This document shows, in pieces, positions 42,597 through 49,968 of a DNA stretch of 57,534 nucleotides. The position numbers and the translations under genes were made by a program. Source of the stretch: a virus. The stretch's first letter is position 1. Each line of letters starts with the position of its first letter. Location: IMG/VR virus record IMGVR_UViG_3300045988_071636, positions 1 through 57,534 of that record. One strand, 5' to 3'. The notes below the pieces were generated by a model that saw only the letters and a program-made list of their open reading frames with translations, made no database searches and was not told the origin of the DNA.

Positions 42597-42800
42597 ATGA
42601 TTAGACTGCTCCTTTTCCTGGGCATCATCCTGTCCATCGTCAAGGCAAATGGCTGGTTTGTGGTGCCGATGCCTGTCTTGGTTTTCTGCTGGGTAGGAAG
42701 CCTCGTTTGCTGGCTGATTTATTCCTATGCCCTTGGTGTGGGTGAAGGAGCTGCAAAAGAGATGAAAAAGAAAGTCCACGGCGGGGAGGGCGGACAATGA
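42597..42800 (+). CDS. Small membrane protein
   Basis: GAGGAGGG RBS then ATG 42597 (ORF track GTG 42558). Two hydrophobic helices. Confidence 0.5.
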   Translation: MIRLLLFLGIILSIVKANGWFVVPMPVLVFCWVGSLVCWLIYSYALGVGEGAAKEMKKKVHGGEGGQ

Positions 42801-43096
42801 AGTGCGAGAAATGCGGAAAGGAAATCGGGCATCTGTTGGTTGATACTTTCCTCTATGATGGGAGCGACACTGATATTGAGCAGCCGGTTATTGAGTGCGA
42901 GAAAAATGCCGCTTACATTGAAACCACGCAAAACTGGACCGGATATGATCTGTCAGAGGAAGAAATGCTCGAAACGATAACCTGCCCACACTGCAAACAG
43001 TTCCCATTCAAGAGCAAAGAGATACAGGTCTATGATGTGGTGCGGGTGGTCTGCTTCAAGACGGAGGAGGGCGGACAGCATGATGGAGTGGATTAG
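42797..43096 (+). CDS. Zinc-ribbon hypothetical protein
   Basis: 99 aa. CEKCGK ... CPHCK. Confidence 0.55.
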   Translation: MKCEKCGKEIGHLLVDTFLYDGSDTDIEQPVIECEKNAAYIETTQNWTGYDLSEEEMLETITCPHCKQFPFKSKEIQVYDVVRVVCFKTEEGGQHDGVD

Positions 43097-43475
43097 CGTC
43101 AAGGAGAGGCTGCCGGAGAACGAAAGAGATGTACTCATTTGTGTGACGAGAAAGCATTATCTACACCCTGAAAAATATATCAGGTTTGTAGTGAAAGCAT
43201 TTTACACAGACGGGAAACACAACACCGAACAGTCGAATTATGTGTGGGATAATTGCGACTTTGAATATGACGAAAAAGAAGACGCTTATATTATCCCTGA
43301 AAATTGGTGGGAATCGGTGGACTACACAGAGGAGTTTTCTGTTGTGGATGATTTTGTCACCCACTGGATACCCCTCCCCGACCCGCCGAAGGAGGGATGC
43401 GATACGAACGGAGAAGCAAAAAAATATACGGCGGAAGAAATTAAGGAATTAGCAAAGAAAGCATTTGAGGCTTGA
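43080..43475 (+). CDS. DUF551-domain protein (paralog 2)
   Basis: ATG 43080 after GGAGGAGGG. MMEWISVKERLPENE... VTHWIPLPDPP. Confidence 0.65.
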   Translation: MMEWISVKERLPENERDVLICVTRKHYLHPEKYIRFVVKAFYTDGKHNTEQSNYVWDNCDFEYDEKEDAYIIPENWWESVDYTEEFSVVDDFVTHWIPLPDPPKEGCDTNGEAKKYTAEEIKELAKKAFEA

Positions 43476-43812
43476 CAGAACGATTGTTTTATATTATGAT
43501 ATAAAGGGAATTTATAAACAAAAATAAAATATGGCATTTCAAATCTACTTAATGCAGTCGGCGCCATGTCTGAAATGCTCTGAGTTTTCTACGACAATCT
43601 GATAAAGCAGGGATTTTCCCAGGAAGAAGCTCTTTATCTGACTAGCGACTATATGAAGGCGGTGTTAGGGAAATGAAATATAGCAATCCGACTTGGGAGT
43701 CTTACTTCAAAGACATCTCCCCTGCCCTATCAAAAATTTACTTCCTGACCAACTCAGGGACTATCAGATACATAGTGGCGACTATGATTTTCAAGAAGAT
43801 GTCCTTTCTCGA

Positions 43813-44127
43813 ATGGAGGAACGAACATTGGACTTAACAAAATACGAAATGGAAACTATCTACAACTACAATCAGGAAGAGCCTCTTGCATCCTGCTACA
43901 CGATGGATCGTGCCCTAATTCGCCGATTAGATGTACTTGCCGGAAAACACAAAGAAATTACTGTAGTTCGAACAGGTGAAGGTGTGAGGGAATATACTTT
44001 CCCCAAGAAGTGGATTAAAGTCCGAACGCCAAAGCAACTATCGGACGAACAGCGGGAAAACATGGCAAAGAGAGCGAGAGAGAGGTTTGGATTTACAAAG
44101 GAAGGTGACAACTCTGAGCAAGAATGA
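43813..44127 (+). CDS. Hypothetical protein preceding terS
   Basis: Internal ATG 43813 of ORF 43693..44127. 104 aa. Confidence 0.45.
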   Translation: MEERTLDLTKYEMETIYNYNQEEPLASCYTMDRALIRRLDVLAGKHKEITVVRTGEGVREYTFPKKWIKVRTPKQLSDEQRENMAKRARERFGFTKEGDNSEQE

Positions 44128-44134
44128 TGCGACT

Positions 44135-44659
44135 ATGGAGCAGGGGAAAACTATCGTAAAGGCAAGGGGCCGTGGAGGCAAAGAGAACTTTCCAAGTGTT
44201 ATCTCTGGGGCTAAAGCAGAAGATATATCCCGCTGTATGGCTAACTGCATGATGTTCTATGATAGACCTCTTGTTAAATCGGATGATGAGTGTCGCCAAC
44301 GACTATACGACTTCTTTGATACCTGTCAGAAAACAGGGCAATTGCCTACTGTGGAAAAGATGGTCATGGCATTAGGGACTATCAAGCAGACGGTTTGGAA
44401 CTGGGAAAATGGGATTGGGTGCAGCTCTGTACGAATGGACCTCATTAAAAAAGCCAAAGGATTTATTGCATCTTTTGAGTCAGAAATGGTCACAGAAGGC
44501 AAAATTAACCCCGTTGTTTACATTTTTAGGGCAAAGAACTATTTTGGCATGAAAGACCAGCAAGAGGTTGTTTTGACGCCCAATCAGCCCCTCGGTGACT
44601 CCCCCGACCAAAAGCAGCTTGAGGAGCGCATTTCCGACTCTGTGGTGGTGGAGGAGTAG
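44135..44659 (+). CDS. terS: Terminase small subunit
   Basis: ATG 44135 within ORF 44087..44659. GRGGKENFPS...CRQRLYDFFDTCQKTGQLPTVEKMVMALG...VYIFRAKNYFGMKDQ matches the small-terminase HTH pattern. Confidence 0.7.
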   Translation: MEQGKTIVKARGRGGKENFPSVISGAKAEDISRCMANCMMFYDRPLVKSDDECRQRLYDFFDTCQKTGQLPTVEKMVMALGTIKQTVWNWENGIGCSSVRMDLIKKAKGFIASFESEMVTEGKINPVVYIFRAKNYFGMKDQQEVVLTPNQPLGDSPDQKQLEERISDSVVVEE

Positions 44660-44664
44660 CGACT

Positions 44665-45105
44665 ATGAAAGAGGCCGACGACTATAAGCTGAAACCTTGC
44701 CCATTTTGCGGAGGAACAGCAGAAGTTGGGTATGCGATTAACGACTATAACAGATATGGCGTGTATTGCAAAAATTGTGGTGCTACCGTAGAAGTGAAAG
44801 ATTGGAAAGGTATGGAGGACACCGAGGAAAACGCCATTAAGGTTTGGAACCAAAGGACTATCGACTATGACAGCCTCACGCGCGGGAAGCTGTGTCCGCT
44901 CAAAGCTCCTGAGCCGCCCGATCTGGACGCAATACTGAGGGTTGGCGCGATAAAGTGCCGCACTGATGGTGAGCCGCCCCGCGTGGAGTATATCGGCGGG
45001 CGATGTGACGGCCCCCGCTGCGCCTGGTGGGATGCCAGCAAAGGCCGCTGCGCCGCCCTCTCCCTCAGCCCGCAAAAAAATGACAACACCCCGGCTTGCT
45101 CTTAG
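44665..45105 (+). CDS. Lar-family (restriction alleviation) zinc-ribbon protein with a C-terminal extension
   Basis: LKPCPFCGGTAEV...YCKNCGATVE...EENAIKVWNQR. Confidence 0.6.
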   Translation: MKEADDYKLKPCPFCGGTAEVGYAINDYNRYGVYCKNCGATVEVKDWKGMEDTEENAIKVWNQRTIDYDSLTRGKLCPLKAPEPPDLDAILRVGAIKCRTDGEPPRVEYIGGRCDGPRCAWWDASKGRCAALSLSPQKNDNTPACS

Positions 45106-45408
45106 TGGAGCGGGCCGGGGTTGCTTTGTGCTCTGTTTGGCGTTCTGTGGGCCGATATACGGCGTTTTAGGACATGGGAATATAGAGACACTTCCAGACG
45201 GTAAAGACGCTCTACGGGCCTGTAAATAGCCTTTGCGGCGGTTCTGCTTTTTGGGGCGTGATCTTCTCTGCTGGTCACGGGCGCAAAAATGCCGCCTGCT
45301 GACCTCTGGAGGGCCTACAAGCGGCGGAAAACTGGCGGGAAGTATAGGGAGACATGGGCAAAAGAAAACCCGCTCCAGGAAAGCCCAGGGCGGGCGGTGG
45401 AGATATTG

Positions 45409-45708
45409 TTAGATGGCCCACCCCTCAGACAGGACGCGGAGCGGGATAAACGGCCCGCCGCGCTGGGAGTGGTCAATGATGCAGGGTACGCCGTCAGCGT
45501 TGGCGGTCAGCTCGTAGCAATCAGAACCTCGGAAAATGTGCTTGCGCCCGTCTCCGGCCTCTGCCGCCTCAAATCCTGCGGGCAGCTCTACGGTAACGCG
45601 CCGGGTCCATGTCCGGCTGATCTCCGGGTACTCCTCAAGTGTAACCGCTGCGGGCTTTCCCGTGCGGATCATATCGCCGGTGCGGGTGATATATAGCGTA
45701 ATAGTCAT
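45409..45708 (-). CDS. Hypothetical protein (GC-rich reverse cassette, gene 7)
   Basis: 99-aa ORF with its own promoter on the minus strand (TTGACT-17-TACAAT, with a CCCGATCGGG palindrome in the spacer, at about 45745-45780). Confidence 0.5.
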   Translation of the reverse strand: MTITLYITRTGDMIRTGKPAAVTLEEYPEISRTWTRRVTVELPAGFEAAEAGDGRKHIFRGSDCYELTANADGVPCIIDHSQRGGPFIPLRVLSEGWAI

Positions 45709-45840
45709 GTTGTGCCGTCCTTTCCCCCGGCTCTGCCGGGCTCCGTTGTGTTGATTGTATCGCGCCCGATCGGGGCAGTCAAGATTTTTTCGCCGTCTCC
45801 CAGATAATCATGATCGGGAGGAGCAAGATAAACAGAATAA

Positions 45841-46038
45841 TCAAGCGGGGGGCACCTCCTCGGCGGCTTTGTTCATTTGAGTTTCCCACCAAGCGGTTTT
45901 TTCTTCCAGTGTTTCCCCCGGCTGCTCCTGCGTTGGAATGTCGCAGATAGCAAGCAACGGGCAGCCAGAACATTTATAATCAAAGTGCTTTTCGCAAATC
46001 AATTTGACTGCATTTGACAACATGTTCATTTCCTCCAT
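45841..46038 (-). CDS. Small Cys-containing protein (cassette gene 6)
   Basis: C-terminal 60-65 aa of ORF 45841..46299. Start among ATG 46038, 46029 or 46023. ...CEKHFDYKCSGCPLLAIC... Confidence 0.45.
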   Translation of the reverse strand: MEEMNMLSNAVKLICEKHFDYKCSGCPLLAICDIPTQEQPGETLEEKTAWWETQMNKAAEEVPPA

Positions 46039-46054
46039 TCTCCCGGTGGTCGGG

Positions 46055-46342
46055 TCAAAAGCGGGTGATTTCCTGTCCATCGCTTGCCACGTCCGGGAGG
46101 AATGTTCCCAGGCGGGCCGGGTCGGTAAACAGGTTGTAGCCGTCAATGCCCACAAACTGGGCAACCTCCACGGCGTTCCCGTGGGCGTCTCTGTCGATGT
46201 AGCGGCGCAGGGTGTAGGCTCTGCCCTCGTAAATATAGCGCCCGCCGTCCTGGTAGTATTCGCGGGCCTCGGCCAGCGTGGCGGCGGCGATCTCGTCAAT
46301 GGTCATTGTCAGCCGCCTGGCGGCGTCTCTGTATCGTTTCAT
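46055..46342 (-). CDS. Hypothetical protein (cassette gene 5)
   Basis: 95-aa ORF with an ATGA overlap with the upstream gene. Confidence 0.55.
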   Translation of the reverse strand: MKRYRDAARRLTMTIDEIAAATLAEAREYYQDGGRYIYEGRAYTLRRYIDRDAHGNAVEVAQFVGIDGYNLFTDPARLGTFLPDVASDGQEITRF

Positions 46343-46503
46343 TGTGCGACCTCCTCCATGTCAACGCATTTTTGGAGATTGTCGGCCTCCGTGCCTAGAT
46401 TGAAGATATTACCTAGATAATAGGCCTTTGCCTCCTCGATAGAGGCATTAAGCTGGGTATACAGATAGTCTCCATTGGAAAAGGTGACTTTGTAAGTATT
46501 CAT
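46339..46503 (-). CDS. Hypothetical small protein, 54 aa (cassette gene 4)
   Basis: ATGA overlaps at both ends. Below the ORF-track cutoff. Confidence 0.45.
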   Translation of the reverse strand: MNTYKVTFSNGDYLYTQLNASIEEAKAYYLGNIFNLGTEADNLQKCVDMEEVAQ

Positions 46504-46721
46504 TGTGCGGCCCTCCTTGCGGAAAGAATCATCTGCCGGAGTTCTTCCGTTTCGGGTACAGCCCAGAGACTGACGGCGGCGAAGGCGTTTCCCATGTCGT
46601 TCACGGCGTGGCGGATTTTCTGGGCGTCTCCGCTCTCTCTGGCGGCCCTGTAGTCCCCGATTGCGCTCTGGATAAGTTCGGCGCGTTCCTTGTTTGTCAT
46701 TTCTGTTTTCCTCCTTGTCAT
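46500..46721 (-). CDS. Hypothetical protein (cassette gene 3)
   Basis: 73-aa ORF (alternative start 46700), helical-looking. Confidence 0.5.
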   Translation of the reverse strand: MTRRKTEMTNKERAELIQSAIGDYRAARESGDAQKIRHAVNDMGNAFAAVSLWAVPETEELRQMILSARRAAQ

Positions 46722-46806
46722 GGAGGGCCGCCCGTGCTATACTGGGCGTGCCCTGGTTCGCGGTTGTTCTGGGGTTTCTCTTTGCCCGTCTGGCCTTTGC
46801 GAGAGG

Positions 46807-46977
46807 TCAGACGGGTTTTTCTGTTCTTTGGTATCTCACATGGACGCAAGACTTATAAAGTTCGCAAAACTGCTTTTTTGCGTTTTCTGCTTGTTCCTCG
46901 ATGTCAAGATTATACGGGCCTTTTATAATCGGCTCGGAATCGTAATTGGCAAACCCTTCAACATATATATAGTTCAT
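46807..46977 (-). CDS. Hypothetical small protein, 56 aa (cassette gene 2)
   Basis: GGGAGA RBS then ATG at 46977. It is the C-terminal part of ORF 46807..47316. Confidence 0.45.
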   Translation of the reverse strand: MNYIYVEGFANYDSEPIIKGPYNLDIEEQAENAKKQFCELYKSCVHVRYQRTEKPV

Positions 46978-47062
46978 GTTGTCTCCCTTCTGCCCTGGCC
47001 ACTGTTGCAAGCGGTGGCCGGGGCTTTTGTCTGCCCTCGTGACCTCCGGGGCGGGGTGGTGG

Positions 47063-47464
47063 TTACTCCGCATACAGCCCAGAGGCCGCAAGCTGGAGGG
47101 CCTCGGAGATGGCAGCATCCCTGGCGGCGGGGCCATAGCCGGGGATTGTCTTACTGACTGGGGGCGCGGGGTGCTCCCCACGTAGGCAGGCATAAGCATC
47201 TCCCCACGCCTCCAAAAGGTAGCTCGCGTCTTTGCCCTGGTTGTACTGCCGGACGGCGACGCGATAGCCCCGGAGCTTCTTCTGCTGTCCCCGATTCTCC
47301 CAGCGCTTGGGATCAAACCGGGACGCGCTGCGCTTGGGTTGCATCATTGAGACCGGGACCAACACAATAATAGTCTTGCTGCTGGCGTCATACGACCCTC
47401 GGACGGTCTCGCAGTTAGCATAATGCCGTTTATAATCGCGGTACTGCATCTTGACTTCTTCCAT
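47063..47464 (-). CDS. Hypothetical protein (cassette gene 1)
   Basis: GGGAGGG RBS then ATG at 47464 (ORF track 47063..47530). 133 aa. Confidence 0.55.
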   Translation of the reverse strand: MEEVKMQYRDYKRHYANCETVRGSYDASSKTIIVLVPVSMMQPKRSASRFDPKRWENRGQQKKLRGYRVAVRQYNQGKDASYLLEAWGDAYACLRGEHPAPPVSKTIPGYGPAARDAAISEALQLAASGLYAE

Positions 47465-47515
47465 TTTCTTTCCCTCCCGGCCTGTGGCCTGTCGTTGTTT
47501 GTTCCTTGTGAGTAT

Positions 47516-47544
47516 AATATAGCATATCATTTGGGTGGTGTCAA
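47516..47544 (-). promoter_or_regulatory. Leftward promoter of the reverse cassette
   Basis: Minus strand: TTGACA (plus coordinates 47539-47544), 17-nt spacer, TATATT (47516-47521). Confidence 0.55.
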
Positions 47545-47782
47545 TATATTTTGAGATAATTTAGTATCAAAATAATGCACAAATAACCCGTGTGCAATTT
47601 GTTTATATTGTATCATTAGATTATGGCCTATTGATACACAAGAGGCGCGGTGCCGTGGCCTGGTCACACTGGGCAGGCCAAAATGGCGACACCGGAGGGG
47701 GATTGCGCCCGGTATAATGTAGGTGGGTCAGTGCTGTCAGCACCGAAAACACAAAAAAGATTTCAAATGTATCAAAACTATA

Positions 47783-47811
47783 TTGACACATAAAAAATGA
47801 TATGATACACT
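47783..47811 (+). promoter_or_regulatory. Rightward promoter of the serine recombinase gene
   Basis: TTGACA 47783-47788, 17-nt spacer, TGaTACACT (extended -10, 47803-47811). TGATACA repeats overlap it. Confidence 0.5.
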
Positions 47812-47836
47812 TGATACAACAAGGAGGCGAGACAAA

Positions 47837-48439
47837 ATGAGAATCGGATATGTGCGAGTATCTACGGAGGAACAGAACACCGCTCGACAGGACGAGTTGA
47901 TGAAGGAGCTCGATGTCGAGAAGGTTTATACGGATAAGGCGAGCGGAAAAGACAGGGAGCGACCCGGACTGAAAGAGATGATGAATTTCGTCCGGGAGGG
48001 CGACACGGTTGTTGTTGAGAGTATCAGCCGGTTTGCGAGGAGCACAAAAGACCTTCTTAATTTGATTGAGGAATTGAAGGGCAAGGGCGTAGAGTTCTAC
48101 TCGAAGAAGGAAACATTTGATACCACCACTCCGCAAGGCAAGTTTGTGATGACGATGTTTGGCGCACTTGCAGAGTTGGAGCGCGAGCAAATCATGCAGA
48201 GACAGGCGGAAGGTATCGCAGAGGCGAAGAAGAAAGGAAAGTACACAGGAAGAAAGCCCATTGCGGTCGATGAAGATGCTTTTACAGAGCAGTATCGAGC
48301 CTGGAAAAATGGAGAGACTTCCCCGAAGTTCATTTGCAAGAAGTTGGGGTTAAGCCACGCCACATTTTATCGTAGGGTTAAGGCGTATGAAGAAAAGCAT
48401 GGGATAATCAAAGTGGAGGATAAAAATGGGAAAGAATAA
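47837..48439 (+). CDS. Small serine recombinase (resolvase/invertase family)
   Basis: MRIGYVRVSTEEQNTARQ (catalytic Ser motif), ...VVVESISRFARS..., and C-terminal HTH ...KKLGLSHATFYRRVK. 200 aa. Confidence 0.9.
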   Translation: MRIGYVRVSTEEQNTARQDELMKELDVEKVYTDKASGKDRERPGLKEMMNFVREGDTVVVESISRFARSTKDLLNLIEELKGKGVEFYSKKETFDTTTPQGKFVMTMFGALAELEREQIMQRQAEGIAEAKKKGKYTGRKPIAVDEDAFTEQYRAWKNGETSPKFICKKLGLSHATFYRRVKAYEEKHGIIKVEDKNGKE

Positions 48440-49073
48440 TTGGTGCGTCTACCGTCACACATTCCCGAACGGAAAGGTCTATATTGGGATAACGAGCCAA
48501 GAGCCAGAGGAAAGATGGGCTGGTGGAACGGGCTACAAGTACAACGATGAAATGTACAACGCCATTTTGTATTATGGGTGGAGAAATGTTGCACATGAAA
48601 TTCTTTATGATGGACTTGACGAGACGACAGCACGAAAGAAAGAGGCGGAGTTGATTTTAGAGTTTGGCATTGATGGTAGAGAAAGAACATACAACACCTC
48701 TCACACAAAATATCCCGGAGCGCCGAATTTGTCTTGGATCGATTTGAAAGTGAGCGAGGAAACGGTAAAGCAACACTGGCTTGACTTTGAATTGCTGGAC
48801 GATTATTGGATGGAAACCTATATTCAGCAGATGGGCGCACACCCGTTTGGTTGCAGGATTAAAGAGAACGGCGTTGAAATGACATTTTATGTGCCTGATG
48901 GCGAATATATTGTGAGCAAGGCATTATTTTTGAGACACCCAAGAAAGAGTGTAACATTTAGGGAAGTCCATAAGTGGCTATATACTGCTCCAAAAGCAGA
49001 GGTTAGAACGGACGAAAATTTCAAAATTTCTAAAAAGCAGCTTGCGGAGATGGCACAATCAATGGGGGCGTGA
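48426..49073 (+). CDS. GIY-YIG nuclease-domain protein (putative homing endonuclease)
   Basis: WCVYRHTFPNGKVYIGIT (GIY...YIG), ...R...E... core. 215 aa. Confidence 0.7.
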   Translation: MGKNNWCVYRHTFPNGKVYIGITSQEPEERWAGGTGYKYNDEMYNAILYYGWRNVAHEILYDGLDETTARKKEAELILEFGIDGRERTYNTSHTKYPGAPNLSWIDLKVSEETVKQHWLDFELLDDYWMETYIQQMGAHPFGCRIKENGVEMTFYVPDGEYIVSKALFLRHPRKSVTFREVHKWLYTAPKAEVRTDENFKISKKQLAEMAQSMGA

Positions 49074-49136
49074 ATTTGGAGTTTAGAAAAGAAGTCCCCC
49101 TAAATCTCGCCGAAAAACAAAAAAGGAGGTTTCATC

Positions 49137-49412
49137 ATGGTAGACGAAACCGCATTGCAGAACTACTTGTTGAAGTGTGAGTTGCAGTACAGGGCGGAGC
49201 ACGCTGATGGAGTGGAGCGCGTTGGATGGCTGATGGGATATTGCAAGACCGTCAAACAGACTGCCAGATTCTTGAGAGATATTGGATTCCGGGTGAAGGA
49301 TATTGTGGATGATGTAGACTGCGCCGGAGACAGTCACGCCTGGGTGGTCACAACGTCTGGTGTGGTGGTGTATGCTGATGGGAGTGGACTGGTTGGACGG
49401 GAGGCGAGATGA
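49137..49412 (+). CDS. Hypothetical protein
   Basis: 91-aa ORF with AAAGGAGG RBS. Confidence 0.6.
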   Translation: MVDETALQNYLLKCELQYRAEHADGVERVGWLMGYCKTVKQTARFLRDIGFRVKDIVDDVDCAGDSHAWVVTTSGVVVYADGSGLVGREAR

Positions 49413-49652
49413 TGGACTGGATCAAAGTAACGCCTGAGACTGTGCCGCCGGACGGGGAACCAATTCTTATCACGATTGAAAGTTGGATGGATAAGCATAG
49501 ATATGTGTGGGAGACACAGGCAAGATGGCACAACGGTTTTTTATGAGGTTTGGGAAGATGACGGATTTGCATGTGGGTGGGGATCTGGTCGATTTTCCGG
49601 GCCAAAGGTAACTCATTGGATGCCGTGGCCTGAACCGGCGGAGGAGGATTGA
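49412..49652 (+). pseudogene. DUF551-domain gene disrupted by a frameshift in a T6 run (paralog 3)
   Basis: MDWIKVTPETVPPDGEP... stops at TGA 49544-49546. Removing one T from 49537-49542 restores ...GPKVTHWMPWPEPAEED to TGA 49650-49652. Confidence 0.6.
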
Positions 49653-49654
49653 GT

Positions 49655-49882
49655 ATGGACTGGATCAAATGCACCGATAGGATGCCGCCGGATATGGAGC
49701 CGGTAATGGTGACGGTAAGAGTCAATGATGGAGGAAAGCAGACCTGGGTTGATGTCCGATACAATCCAGAGTACAAAGAATGGGAACAGCTTGCGGATGC
49801 TGTTGGAGATTACTGGGAAGGGCTTGGAAAGGATTATGAAGTAACTCATTGGATTCCGTACCCGGAACCGGCGGAAGATTGA
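49655..49882 (+). CDS. DUF551-domain protein (paralog 4)
   Basis: MDWIKCTDRMPPDMEP ... VTHWIPYPEP. Confidence 0.65.
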   Translation: MDWIKCTDRMPPDMEPVMVTVRVNDGGKQTWVDVRYNPEYKEWEQLADAVGDYWEGLGKDYEVTHWIPYPEPAED

Positions 49883-49890
49883 ATAATTGT

Positions 49891-49968
49891 AGTGCCAAGT
49901 GCCTCTCCAGATGGAGCGAACAGTGCCAAGTGCCTTTTATCTGAAAGGATAGGAGGCACTTTATTTTT
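49891..49968 (+). promoter_or_regulatory. Late-leader element C: two perfect AGTGCCAAGTGCCT boxes plus a 14-bp SD-sequestering hairpin and U-tract before terL
   Basis: Boxes at 49891-49904 and 49922-49935. Stem 49928-49941 / 49948-49961 contains AGGAGG 49951-49956. TATTTTTATG leads to the start at 49969. Confidence 0.65.

Noticed and set aside
43535-43680. Possible small gene MSEML-TGA-VFYDNLIKQGFSQEEALYLTSDYMKAVLGK with an in-frame TGA
   Set aside because: It has no RBS and is very short. TGA is clearly used as a true stop by many well-supported genes here, so TGA recoding is not credible. It is probably a remnant or chance ORF.
45289-45696. 135-aa plus-strand ORF, and the overlapping minus-strand ORFs 44584-45075 and 44865-45089
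   Set aside because: They are frame shadows in the GC-rich segment. They overlap the better-supported Lar gene (plus strand) and cassette gene 45409-45708 (minus strand), and they lack an RBS.
47537-47790. Hin/Gin-type 26-bp hix/gix inversion sites near the serine recombinase
   Set aside because: GTATCAAAA resembles a hix half-site, but I could not assemble two inverted half-sites with a 2-bp core. The 11-bp inverted repeat coincides with the divergent -35 boxes. It is reported only as a regulatory region, with inversion as a testable possibility.
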